This document shows positions 1 through 8,882 of a DNA stretch of 32,000 bases, piece by piece. Position numbers and translations under genes: made by a program. Position 1 is the stretch's first letter, and each line of letters opens with the position of its first letter. Under the pieces are notes generated by a model. It was not told the origin of the DNA, did no database searches, and saw only the letters and a program-made list of their open reading frames with translations. The stretch lies in the NCBI RefSeq assembly GCF_000284115.1, contig NC_017080.1, forward strand, positions 1,080,001 to 1,112,000, read 5' to 3'. The stretch comes from Phycisphaera mikurensis NBRC 102666 (lineage in GTDB: Bacteria; Planctomycetota; Phycisphaerae; Phycisphaerales; Phycisphaeraceae).

Positions 1-108
1 ATGAGCAGGAGTCCGGGGTTGGGGGGCAGACGCATGGGAGGCGGCTCGGTGGTGGCTTGCGCAATCGACGTGCCCGGAGATCCGCCGGGCGGGCTGGGGC
101 GGAGAGCG

Positions 109-2754
109 TCAGGTCGCGAGGGCCGCGGCGCGCTCGCGGTAGAGCGACGGATCGATGGCCGCGGTCATGGCGTCGGCGGCTTCGGGCCGGCCGAGGAAGG
201 CGGCGACGGCTTCCAGCGTCGCGGGGTCCCGCTCGACCAACGCTCGGTGCGGGACCCGGATCCAGCGGGTGTCGGCCCGCCGGGCGAGGGCGTTCTGGGC
301 GCGGCGGGTGCCGGCCTCGTAGGCGAGTCGGAGCGCGGTCGGGTCGCCCGCACGCCGGCCCTGCCGGCGGAGCATCGTCCGCTGGGAGGCGATCACCTCG
401 TCGAGGTCCCGCTCCATCCAGAGCACGCGGTACGCGTGGCCGACCGGGAGGCGGTCGACCAGCGCGTGGATCACCTTGATGGCCCTGCCGGCCGCGTCGG
501 CGACCACGCCCGCGTCCTCGGCCAGCCGGGTGACCGCCTCGTGCTCGAAGTAGCCGCGGCGGTTGCTCTCGTCGGCTTGGCGGCGGCCATCGGTGAGCGG
601 CGGGACGCCCGCCGCCGCCAGCATCTGCATCGCGAGGCTGGTGCCCGCACGCGGCAGCCCGCTCACCACCCAGACGGTGCCGGCGTCCGGCGGCGGGAGG
701 TCGTCGGGATCGTCGCTGCGGGCCTCGGCGGGAGCCGTCGGGTCCGGGCGATCCGCGGGAGCCGGTTGCCCGATGCCCCGGAGCGCGAGGCGGTGACGCA
801 CGGCCTCGTCCTGGCGGCCGTTGCGGGCGTGCAGACATTCCAGCAGGCGGTGGGCTCGCGCGAAGCCGGGGTGCTGGTGGAGGGCGACGTTCAGCGCCGC
901 GATGGCCTCGTCGTCGCGCCCGAGGTTCGCCAGCGCCATCCCCAGGTGCAGGTGGGCCCGCGGCAGGAAGAAGGCGCATCCGATCGCGTCCAGCGCTGCC
1001 TCGGCGGCGGCCTCCCAATCCCGACGGTGCAGGTGGACCTGAGCGAGGCCGTCGTGAGCCGCGGGGTCGGCGTCGTCGATCGCGAGGACCGCGCGGAAGG
1101 CGGATTCGGCGGCACCGGCATCGGTGCGGCGGAGCGCGAGCTGCGCCCGCAGGCGGTGGACCTCCGCCGCCTGCGCCGGGTCCGCGGGCAGCTCGGCGGC
1201 CCGCCGCTCCATCTCCCGCTCGTCACCTTCTGCGAAGGCCACCTGCGCCCGCAGCGCCTCCACCTGCTCGGCGACCTCCGCTTCCTCGGTCGCGATCCCG
1301 TCGAGCACGCGCACCGCCGCGTCCGCATCGCCTCGCTTCAGGTGGCAGGCCGCGACCGAGAGCCAGCTCCGCGGCTCGTCGGGGAACTCGGCCGCCATCG
1401 CCTCCGCCACGCGCATCGCGTCGTCGAAGCGCTCCGCGTCGAAGTAGGAGGTCATCTCGCGGTGCGTGTTCGCGATGCGCGTGTCGCGGATCGCCTCCGC
1501 GGCGTCCTCGCCCGGATCGGCGATGTAGCCCAACTCGACCAGCTGCCGCAACGCCTGCCGCTCCTGCTCGGGGTCGCCGCGGTGATCCGCGGGGTGCATC
1601 CCGCTGCCCTCGACGGCGGTCGCCTCCCAGTCCACCGGCAGCACCGGCGGCGTGCCCTCCGGCAGCGTGTCCAGCAGCGGCCGGCCGTCGAAGCCCAGCC
1701 CCGGCGGCAGGCCCAGCAGCGCCAGCACGGTGGGCGCGACGTCCAGCAGCGAAGCGCCGTAGACGCCGCGGCCGGGCCGCACCCCGGGGCCGCTCATCGC
1801 GAGGATCCCCAGCGGACGGTGCCAGCTGACCGGGTTGCTTCTCTCCGCGGGCCCCGGCGGGCGCAGGTCACCGTCCTGGTACCCGTGATCGGAGCACAGG
1901 ACGATGGTGGTCTCCTCGCCCACCGTCTGCATCAAGGCGTGCAGCATCATGTCGAAGAAGCGGTACACGCCGGTCATCACGCCGCTGTACATCTCGAAGA
2001 AGCGCGGCCCCACGTGCTCCATCCGGGGCGGGTGGAACTCCATGAAGGCGTGGGCGAAGCGGTCGATCCCCTCGAAGTAGACGCAGCCGAGGTCCCAGTC
2101 GTCCTCCTTCAGGAGGTGCGTGGCGAGGGCCTGCGTGGTCAGCGTCTCGGCCATCGCCTCGAGGAAGTGGCCCAGCCGGCGGTGGTTCGTGGGGTCGAGC
2201 TGATGGCCTTTCAGCGTCGGCATGAAGGGCGTGACCACGCCGGCGTCAAGCTCGCCGGGGTGGACCCGCAGCGCCGCCAACTCCCCGGCCCGCGCCGGCG
2301 GGTGCACCGCGTGCGCGGGCACCGGCCAGTCGTCCCCGACCTTCCCGGCGAGATCCGCGAAGCGGTTGCTCACGACGGTGCCGGTCACCGGCTCGGCCGG
2401 ATGGCTGGCGAACCAGTTGACGACGTGCGATCGCAAACCGCTCTCGCTGGCGATGTTCCAGAGCGCCTTGCAGCGCCGGCTGGTGCTGGCGACGGGCCGC
2501 ACGCCCGTGCCGTCGGGCCGGGGCTCGGTGAAGCCGAAGATGCCGTGGCCGAAGGGACGCTTCCCCGTGGCGATGCTGTTCCAGAGCATCGGCGAGAGGA
2601 TCGGTCGGAGCGTCGCGAGGTTCCCGCTGACGCCGCCGCTCACCAGCCGGGTGAGGGCGGGCATCTCGCCGCGCTCCATCATCGGCCGGGCGAACTTCCA
2701 GTCCGCGGCGTCCCAGCCGAGAAGCAGAACCCGCTGGGCGAGGCGTTGCGGCAA
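109..2754 (-). CDS. Three-module protein: alkaline-phosphatase-superfamily (type I phosphodiesterase/nucleotide pyrophosphatase-like) domain + TPR repeats + C-terminal sulfotransferase domain
   Basis: 881-aa ORF. TTG start at 2754 with AGGAGG (complement of 2763..2768) 8 nt upstream. N-terminal ~400 aa carry AlkP/NPP-type metal and nucleophile motifs: LLLGWDAADW, TLRPILSPMLWNSIATGKRPFGHGI, LCSDHGY. Residues ~430-640 are TPR-like helical repeats. C-terminal ~190 aa carry VVSGLPRAGTSL (PAPS 5'-phosphosulfate loop) and WMERDLDEVIAS (3'-phosphate-type motif). The 977-aa + strand ORF over it is an Arg/Gly-rich shadow. Confidence 0.85.
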   Translation of the reverse strand: MPQRLAQRVLLLGWDAADWKFARPMMERGEMPALTRLVSGGVSGNLATLRPILSPMLWNSIATGKRPFGHGIFGFTEPRPDGTGVRPVASTSRRCKALWNIASESGLRSHVVNWFASHPAEPVTGTVVSNRFADLAGKVGDDWPVPAHAVHPPARAGELAALRVHPGELDAGVVTPFMPTLKGHQLDPTNHRRLGHFLEAMAETLTTQALATHLLKEDDWDLGCVYFEGIDRFAHAFMEFHPPRMEHVGPRFFEMYSGVMTGVYRFFDMMLHALMQTVGEETTIVLCSDHGYQDGDLRPPGPAERSNPVSWHRPLGILAMSGPGVRPGRGVYGASLLDVAPTVLALLGLPPGLGFDGRPLLDTLPEGTPPVLPVDWEATAVEGSGMHPADHRGDPEQERQALRQLVELGYIADPGEDAAEAIRDTRIANTHREMTSYFDAERFDDAMRVAEAMAAEFPDEPRSWLSVAACHLKRGDADAAVRVLDGIATEEAEVAEQVEALRAQVAFAEGDEREMERRAAELPADPAQAAEVHRLRAQLALRRTDAGAAESAFRAVLAIDDADPAAHDGLAQVHLHRRDWEAAAEAALDAIGCAFFLPRAHLHLGMALANLGRDDEAIAALNVALHQHPGFARAHRLLECLHARNGRQDEAVRHRLALRGIGQPAPADRPDPTAPAEARSDDPDDLPPPDAGTVWVVSGLPRAGTSLAMQMLAAAGVPPLTDGRRQADESNRRGYFEHEAVTRLAEDAGVVADAAGRAIKVIHALVDRLPVGHAYRVLWMERDLDEVIASQRTMLRRQGRRAGDPTALRLAYEAGTRRAQNALARRADTRWIRVPHRALVERDPATLEAVAAFLGRPEAADAMTAAIDPSLYRERAAALAT

Positions 2755-2770
2755 CGGGTGAACCTCCTGC

Positions 2771-2807
2771 GAAACGCGAAACCCCGCCCGCCGCGTTGGC
2801 GGCGGGC
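2771..2807 (-). terminator. Candidate intrinsic terminator downstream of the PEP-CTERM gene
   Basis: GCCCGCCGC (2786..2794) pairs with GCGGCGGGC (2799..2807): a 9-bp GC stem with a 4-nt loop, ~36 nt past the stop at 2843. On the - strand it is followed by GGGGTTTCGCGTTTC. Confidence 0.4.
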
Positions 2808-2842
2808 AGGAACAAGCGGTGCGGTGCCCGCGGCGTCGCCGC

Positions 2843-3601
2843 TTAGGCCGCGCGGCGGTTGCGGTAGCCGGCGAGGCCCGCCACGCCGGCGGCGAGCAGC
2901 GCCAGCGAGCCGGGCTCGGGGATCGGGACGGTGATCGCCGTGTCGGGCGTGCTCTCGAAGAAGAGCCCCTCCAGCGTGATCGGCGTCTTGTTGCCGTCCG
3001 CGTAGGAGATCACGGCGTAGCCGAAGTGGTTGGTGGCGGTGCCGCCGGCGTCGGCGGTGAAGGAGAAGCCGAGGATGCCGGAATCCAGCGACGGGTTGGG
3101 CCGCGCGGACGCGTCGTTGTTCACGTAGTAGCCGGCGAAGTCGTCGAGCTGGACGAGAAGGTTCTGCGAGCCGTCGTCGGCCTGGAAGCCGACGTCGCCG
3201 GTGGCCGTGGCCGGCCCGATGACGTCACCGGGGCTGAACACCTTCGCGTACTGCCGCGACGGCTCGTTGAAGCTGTTGATCCGGAGGCTCGCCAGCAGGC
3301 CGGGGTCCTGATCTGTGAAGATGCCGCCGCCGCTCCCGCCGGGAGGGATCTGGAAGATCTTCTCGTTGTAATCGCCGCCGAAGTCGGCGAGGTTGAACGC
3401 GATGTCCGCCGTGAGGTCGCCGTCGAGGTCGAACGCGTACTCCAGCGAGTCCACACCGGGAACGAAGGGCAGCGTCGTGGTGCCGGTGATGGGCACGCTC
3501 ACCACCGCTGCGGAGGCGCTGCCGGCGACGCCGACGGCGGCCAGGCCGTACGCCGAGAGCCGGCCGAGGGGGGAGGACGTTTCGTCGCGAGGGAATGGCA
3601 T
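2843..3601 (-). CDS. PEP-CTERM sorting-domain protein (secreted/cell-surface, function unknown)
   Basis: Internal ATG at 3601 with AGGAG ~11 nt upstream; the longer ORF to 3703 adds only Arg-rich residues. Signal-peptide-like N-terminus (LSAYGLAAVGVAGSASAAV). C-terminus VPIPEPGSLALLAAGVAGLAGYRNRRAA gives the PEP motif, a TM helix and a basic tail. Confidence 0.85.
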   Translation of the reverse strand: MPFPRDETSSPLGRLSAYGLAAVGVAGSASAAVVSVPITGTTTLPFVPGVDSLEYAFDLDGDLTADIAFNLADFGGDYNEKIFQIPPGGSGGGIFTDQDPGLLASLRINSFNEPSRQYAKVFSPGDVIGPATATGDVGFQADDGSQNLLVQLDDFAGYYVNNDASARPNPSLDSGILGFSFTADAGGTATNHFGYAVISYADGNKTPITLEGLFFESTPDTAITVPIPEPGSLALLAAGVAGLAGYRNRRAA

Positions 3602-4111
3602 GTCTGCTCGTCTCCTGGGAAGGGGCTGCGGGCGGTCGCTCCGACCGCTCCAAGGGGCGCACCGCCGCGACACACGGCGGCGCTCGGGAAAGAGGGAAAG
3701 CAAGAAAGGGATGAGGGAGGCTGCAGGCCACGGGACGCGGACGGGTTTTGGCCCGCATTACGTTCCATTCCACAAAGGTACCACCCGCGCGACCCGTGTC
3801 AAGCGTCGCCGCGGCCGGAGGCTGCGGCTCTCGGGCGGCGGGTTCGGCGTCAGGACCGCTTGACGCGAGACCAACACGCCCCGGAACCGGCTCCGCGAGC
3901 GTGATCCGGCGTCCGCTCCGCCGCCCGCGAGATCTTCAGCATCGTGGACTTGACCGTTCCTCTAATCTGCGGATCGCGTCCGCGTACCCGCCGGAGACGG
4001 AGCCTCCGCGGCTCCGCCGGAAATGCCGCGGCTCGAATTCCGGGGCCCGCGACGCCCCAACGCATCCGTCGGCGGGACCGACCCGCTCGCCCTGACCCCA
4101 GACGCCGTGCC

Positions 4112-5257
4112 ATGGAGAACCGGATCGGCCTCAACCCCGACGAGCGATCGCTGCTGCTGGAGCTGACTTCGCTGCCGTCGGTGCCGGGGCGCGAGGCGGT
4201 GGCGATCGCGGCGGTGCGTCGGTGGGCGGCGGCGCGTCCGCGTGTCGTCGTCGACGGCGACTCTTTCGGCAACCTGCTCGTCCGCCGAGCGGGGCCGAGC
4301 GTCGGCGAGCTCATCGTTCTGCAGGCGCACCTGGATCACCCCGGCTTCGTCGTCGAGGCGGTCGACGGTCGCGACGTGGAGGCGAGTTTCCGCGGCGAGG
4401 TCGAGGCCCGCTTCTTCGAGAACGCCCGCGTGAGGCGCTGGAGCGGCGTGTCGGCGCTCGATGGCGGATCCGTCACGGCTTGCCAGCCCGGCTTCGGCGA
4501 GGGCCTCGCGAGGGTCCGCTTGCGCCTGGACGCGGGATCATCGGCCGCGGCGGGCGACGTGCTGACCTGGGACCTGCCCGGGGCCGAAGTGGTCGGCCCG
4601 CACCTGCTCGCCCCCGCCGTGGACGACCTTGCCGGCGTCGCGCTGGCGCTGATCGCCTTCGATCGGGAGCAACGCCAGCCGGATCGGAACGCGGACCTGC
4701 GGTTGCTGCTGACCCGCGCCGAAGAGATCGGCTTTCTGGGGGCTCTCGCGGCCCTCGAGGAGGAAACCCTTCCACCCGGTACGCCCGTGCTCGTGCTCGA
4801 GAACGCGCGGGCGCTGCCCGATGCGCCCGTCGGCGGCGGGCCGATCATCCGCGTGGGCGACGCCGCGATGAGCTTCGACCCGCAGATGACGCGGCGGCTC
4901 GTGGAGACCGCGCGGGGCCTCGGCGAGGCCGACTCCGCCTTCCGCTGGCAGCGCCGGCTGATGGACGGGGGCGCATGCGAGGCGACGGCGTGGCAGGCCC
5001 ACGGCCACCCCGCGGCGTGCCTGTGCAACCCGATGGAGAACTACCACAACATGGACCCGCAAACCGGCCGGATCGAGCGGGAGCGGATCGACCTCCGCGA
5101 CGCCGGCGGCCTTCTCGTGCTTCTCGGGGCCTTCCTGCGCGGGCTCGGCTCGCCGATCGATCCGCGGCGCGAGCTGCGGGCCCGCCTCCGCAGCCAGTGC
5201 CTCCAGCGGAGGCGGGAGCTTTCTCTAGACGAAGGCCCGGCGGGAAGGGCGAGCTGA
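4112..5257 (+). CDS. Co-catalytic metallopeptidase-fold protein, M42 (FrvX/CelM-like) or related M20/M28 clan
   Basis: ATG at 4112; the upstream in-frame part of the ORF is Arg-rich junk. Motifs LQAHLDHPGF, VDDLAGVA, RAEEIGFLGA and the N-terminal LLLELTSLPSVPGRE resemble M42-type aminopeptidase/deacylase families. No Shine-Dalgarno seen. Confidence 0.65.
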   Translation: MENRIGLNPDERSLLLELTSLPSVPGREAVAIAAVRRWAAARPRVVVDGDSFGNLLVRRAGPSVGELIVLQAHLDHPGFVVEAVDGRDVEASFRGEVEARFFENARVRRWSGVSALDGGSVTACQPGFGEGLARVRLRLDAGSSAAAGDVLTWDLPGAEVVGPHLLAPAVDDLAGVALALIAFDREQRQPDRNADLRLLLTRAEEIGFLGALAALEEETLPPGTPVLVLENARALPDAPVGGGPIIRVGDAAMSFDPQMTRRLVETARGLGEADSAFRWQRRLMDGGACEATAWQAHGHPAACLCNPMENYHNMDPQTGRIERERIDLRDAGGLLVLLGAFLRGLGSPIDPRRELRARLRSQCLQRRRELSLDEGPAGRAS

Positions 5258-5576
5258 TGCGTCCCACCCGCCAAGAGATCGGCCGCAGGAAGCGGATGCG
5301 GTTGGGGTCCGCGTGCCGGCCGGAACGCGCCGGCGACGCGTTGCCGCTCCCGCTCGGTCTGGCTCGCGCCTGCGGGCGTCGGGCCCAAGCGGCGGCGGCC
5401 TCGGATCCAGCGGCCGCGGGCCGTCATCCACGCTTGGGCTCGACGCCGGCGGGGCCGACGCGTCGGGCGGGCACGGGAAGCGTCGGCGGCCGGTGGTGAA
5501 GCCCGGGCTCCCGAGGCTCCCGAGGCTCGCGCGGAGCTGGCGATGCCGGCCCGGCGCCCCCTTTTACGGGCCCGTG

Positions 5577-6914
5577 ATGCTGGGCCTGGCGGCCGCGCTG
5601 GTCGTGGGGACCTGCGTCGGGCAGTCGTTCCTGCTCGGGCAATTCAAGGAGCCGATGCAGGCCTCGCTGGGGATCGACGGCACGCGGATGGCGCTGCTCT
5701 ACTTCGTGGCCACGCTGGCCGGCGGCTTGTCGCTGTGGCCGGCGGGTTTGGCCGTGGACCGCCTCGGCCTGCGGCGGGTGTGCCTCCTCGTGCTGCCGGC
5801 GCTCGCGTTGTCGTGCTGGACGACGGCGCTGGCCCCGAGCGTCGCCGTGCTGCTGGCGGGGATCCTGTGCCTGCGGATGCTCGGCCAGGGGGTGATGGAG
5901 CTGCTGAGCGGGAACACGGTGGCGATGTGGTACCACCGGCGGCTGGGCATCGCGTCGACCGTCACCAGCGTCGCCTTCGCGCTGAGCCTGCTCGTGCTCC
6001 CGCCGCTGGTGCAGGCGTCAATCGCCGCCGTCGGGTGGCGGTGGACCTACGGGATCTGCGGCGGCGCGATCTTGGCCTGCTGGCCGATCGTGTGGCTCGC
6101 TTTCGTGGGTCGGCCCGAGGAGATGGGGCAGGCGCCCGATGGCGTGCGGAGGCCCCCAGCCGCCCCGACCGCGGACGCGCAGCGAGCGGCCGGGCTGCGA
6201 GGAGAGAGCCTGAACGTCCGGCAGGCCCTGCGGACGCGGAGCTTCTGGATCCTGACGGTGGCGCTCGCCCATTACGCGCTGGCGCTGACCGCCGCGGTCT
6301 TCTGCGTCAACTCGGTGGTGAAGGAGCGCGGCCTGCCCGAAGAGCAGGGAGCCTGGGTGATCAGCGCGCTCGGCGGGGCGATGGCGGCGAGCTACCCGGT
6401 GCTCGGCCCGCTGGCCGACCGGCTGCACGCGCGCTGGCTGCAGGCGTTCGCGACGCTCGCGCTCTGCGGTGCGATGATCGGGCTCGCCGCGACCTCGCGG
6501 CCGAGGCACCTGGTGCTCGTCGGGGCGGCGCTGGGCGTGTGCATCAGCGCCCAGGCCGCCGTCGGCGCCACCGCCTGGGTCCGCCGGTACGGACGGGACC
6601 ACCTCGGCTCCATCCGGGGCGTCGTGCAGACCACGGCGGTCGCGGGCAGCAGCGTCGGCCCGCTCGTGCTCGAGGCGCTCGCCGACGGCCTCGCCTCGGT
6701 CCCCTCGGTCCACGCCGCGGCCGGGGGCCGCTACACGGCCGCGTTGTGGATCCTCGCCGGCGTCGGGGTGCCGGTCGCGGCGATGGCGATGCTGCTGCGC
6801 GGCGGGGAGGCGGGTGTCCAGACGGATCCCCAGGATCCGAATGCGGGTTCGCGTCCGCGGGCACCACGAACCCGGCCCGACACCGAGCAAGCCGCGGACC
6901 GTCGGCCTCTCTGA
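5577..6914 (+). CDS. MFS transporter
   Basis: About 12 hydrophobic helices. MFS motif-A-like loop GLAVDRLGLRR lies after TM2. Start uncertain: ATG 5577 begins directly in TM1, and in-frame GTG 5493/5496 would add a basic cytoplasmic N-terminus. Confidence 0.8.
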   Translation: MLGLAAALVVGTCVGQSFLLGQFKEPMQASLGIDGTRMALLYFVATLAGGLSLWPAGLAVDRLGLRRVCLLVLPALALSCWTTALAPSVAVLLAGILCLRMLGQGVMELLSGNTVAMWYHRRLGIASTVTSVAFALSLLVLPPLVQASIAAVGWRWTYGICGGAILACWPIVWLAFVGRPEEMGQAPDGVRRPPAAPTADAQRAAGLRGESLNVRQALRTRSFWILTVALAHYALALTAAVFCVNSVVKERGLPEEQGAWVISALGGAMAASYPVLGPLADRLHARWLQAFATLALCGAMIGLAATSRPRHLVLVGAALGVCISAQAAVGATAWVRRYGRDHLGSIRGVVQTTAVAGSSVGPLVLEALADGLASVPSVHAAAGGRYTAALWILAGVGVPVAAMAMLLRGGEAGVQTDPQDPNAGSRPRAPRTRPDTEQAADRRPL

Positions 6915-6937
6915 TCCGCCGGGCCGACGGTCCGCGG
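6892..6937. repeat. CCGCGGACC-type palindromic element (REP-like / terminator-like hairpin) spanning the MFS stop codon
   Basis: CCGCGGACCGTCGGCC (6892..6907) is the perfect reverse complement of GGCCGACGGTCCGCGG (6922..6937). The 14-nt loop contains the TGA at 6912..6914. Confidence 0.6.
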
Positions 6938-7035
6938 ATCCGCCGGTCGCCCGTCCACCGCGTGGATCCCCAAGCCGATGCGCGGCGAAGCCAAAGCGTG
7001 CGACGCCGCCTGTCCGGGCACCCCGGCCGCTCGCG

Positions 7036-7752
7036 TCAGTCCTGCACCGACCACAGGTGATCGGAATCGGCAACGGTCAGCCCCAGCGCGGTGAAGCCGA
7101 CGTGGCCGTCGGCGAAGGCCATGTTCCCGCTGTCGCCGTGCCACTCGCCGCGGGCCTTGTGCAGCGTGGTGTCGAAGTACACCGGCGTGCGCGTCGTCTC
7201 GCGGATCTGGCCGCTCCGCCGCCCCGCGAGTCCAGCGCCGGGCTTCGGGTCGTCGGGGTGGCCCAGCGCGTTGAAGGTGTAGCTGTTGCCGACCCAGTCG
7301 AAGTGTGATCGGTCCCCGGAAAACGCGAAGCTGCCGCTGTCGTGCGGGCAGCGGAGCACCTCGACCTCGTCCCCGAGGTAGCGGTTCAGCGGCCGGGGCA
7401 CCCGGGCGTTGAAGAACGTCCCCTGGGGGCCGGCGTACAGGTTTCCGCTCTCGCGGCCGGCCCAGGTGTACCAATCCATCGCCAGCGAACCCGCCGGTGC
7501 GGGCGGGGGCCCGGTGTGGCTGAAACCGCCGCCACGCTGGTAGAAGGTGTCCCGCGCGTCGGCCAGGTAGGCCATGGTGGCGAGCCCGCTCTGGCGGACC
7601 TGGCCAGCGCAGCCGACGCGGCGGGCGGTGTTGCGGGCGGCGGCGAGCGCCGGCAGCAGGATCCCGATCAGCAGCGCGACGATCGAGATCACGACCAGCA
7701 GCTCCACGATCGTGAAGCCGCGGCGGCGGGGGGCGTTGGTGCGGCGGGGCAT
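7036..7752 (-). CDS. Prepilin-type N-terminal cleavage/methylation protein, DUF1559 family with H-X9-DG motif
   Basis: ATG 7752 with GGAGAA 5 nt upstream. [27 protein letters not shown] is the type IV pilin-like leader plus hydrophobic helix. C-terminal HGDSGNMAFADGH is an H-X9-DG motif. Confidence 0.9.
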   Translation of the reverse strand: MPRRTNAPRRRGFTIVELLVVISIVALLIGILLPALAAARNTARRVGCAGQVRQSGLATMAYLADARDTFYQRGGGFSHTGPPPAPAGSLAMDWYTWAGRESGNLYAGPQGTFFNARVPRPLNRYLGDEVEVLRCPHDSGSFAFSGDRSHFDWVGNSYTFNALGHPDDPKPGAGLAGRRSGQIRETTRTPVYFDTTLHKARGEWHGDSGNMAFADGHVGFTALGLTVADSDHLWSVQD

Positions 7753-7867
7753 GGCTTCTCCAAGGGGGGCAGGGGGGGGCCGGGCAGCGAGGGCGGGAGC
7801 GTTCCGAACGCGACGGCGGCGGCCGCGCGGCCACGTCTTCAACGGGTGCCCGGTCCCGGGAACGGCG

Positions 7868-8881
7868 TCACGGCGGCGGCTCCTGCGCGGCGCGGTCCGC
7901 CGAAACCACAGCCGACGCGATCTGCAGGTCCTGGACGGCGAGCCCGGTCAGGTCGGCGACGGTGACGCTTCGCTCGTCGATGCGGCCCGGCCGCGTGCCG
8001 GCCGCGACCTCGCCGATCTCCACGACCCGCTCCATCGACAGCGTCCCCGCGGCGACCGCGCGGTGGACCTCCCCCCGCAGCGCCGCCTGCGCGCGGCTGT
8101 CGACAACGACCGCGTCGGCCTCCGCCAGCACACCGGCGTGCAGCTCCTGCTTGTGGGCCGCGTCGGACCCGATCGCGGTGACGTGCAGCCCGGGGTGGAG
8201 GTGCTCGGGCAGGATCAGCGGGTCTTCGGCGTTGGTGGTCGTGACCACCAGCGAGCTGGCGGCCATCATCTCGCCGAGGTCCGGCGACGCCGCGGCGTCG
8301 AAACCGATTCCCCGCAGCTCCTCCGCGAGCCGCTGGGCCTTCGCCGCCGAGCGGCCCCAGCAGCGGAGGCGGCGCTCTGAGGTCACGCCGAGCAGCCACC
8401 GCGCCTGGAAGCGGGCCTGGGCGCCCGTGCCCACGATGCCGATCGCGCCGGAGCCGTCCGGCCGGTCGGGAGCGAGCAGCCGGGCCGCCAGCGCACCCGC
8501 CGCCGCCGTCCGCGCGTCGGTGAGCAAGCCCCGATCGAGCAGGACCGCCACGGCGGCGCCGGTCGACGCGTCGAAAAGCAGCATCAGCCCGTTGGCCGCG
8601 GGCAGGCCGAGCGCCGGGTTCCCCGGGAAGCCGGAGGCGACCTTCACCACGTAGTGCGGGTGGCCGCGGATCGTGCCGTGCTTGATGTGGCACTCGCCGC
8701 CGGGCAGCAGCAGCTCGCCCACCGGAGGAACGTTGGCGTCGCCCCGCGAGTAGGCGACGAAGCCGGCCTCCATGGCGTCGACCAGCGGCAGGCCCTCCAG
8801 CAGCGCCGCGATGGCGTCGAACCCGAGCACGCGGGGCGCCCCGCCGGCGGCCGGGGTGGCGGTGGGGGCGGCGTGGGCCAT
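7868..8881 (-). CDS. Ornithine cyclodeaminase / mu-crystallin family protein (cyclodeaminase or ketimine reductase)
   Basis: ATG 8881, 1 nt after the stop of the upstream aminotransferase (translational coupling). Rossmann motif AIGIVGTGAQARFQARW. Length (337 aa) and overall pattern are typical of the OCD/CRYM family. Confidence 0.8.
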   Translation of the reverse strand: MAHAAPTATPAAGGAPRVLGFDAIAALLEGLPLVDAMEAGFVAYSRGDANVPPVGELLLPGGECHIKHGTIRGHPHYVVKVASGFPGNPALGLPAANGLMLLFDASTGAAVAVLLDRGLLTDARTAAAGALAARLLAPDRPDGSGAIGIVGTGAQARFQARWLLGVTSERRLRCWGRSAAKAQRLAEELRGIGFDAAASPDLGEMMAASSLVVTTTNAEDPLILPEHLHPGLHVTAIGSDAAHKQELHAGVLAEADAVVVDSRAQAALRGEVHRAVAAGTLSMERVVEIGEVAAGTRPGRIDERSVTVADLTGLAVQDLQIASAVVSADRAAQEPPP

Positions 8882-8882
8882 G

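Noticed and set aside
1-2934. 977-aa + strand ORF, the longest at the left edge
   Set aside because: It is antisense to the well-supported 109..2754 gene. The translation is Arg/Gly/Pro/Ala-rich with no recognisable motif, the typical shadow ORF of a high-GC genome.
3637-3653. Sigma-54-like -24/-12 element (TTGGAGCGGTCGGAGCG on the - strand) upstream of the first PEP-CTERM gene
   Set aside because: Only the GG and GC dinucleotides and their spacing match. The flanking consensus positions do not match, and no counterpart exists upstream of the second PEP-CTERM gene.
4021-4055. tRNA-like T-arm (GGCTCGAATTCCGGGG)
   Set aside because: It resembles GGTTCGAATCC only superficially. The flanks cannot form acceptor, D or anticodon stems.
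5506-5530. 9-bp tandem GGCTCCCGA x2.7 upstream of the MFS gene
   Set aside because: It is short and GC-rich. It may simply encode PRLPRL if the MFS gene starts at GTG 5493, and nothing suggests a function.
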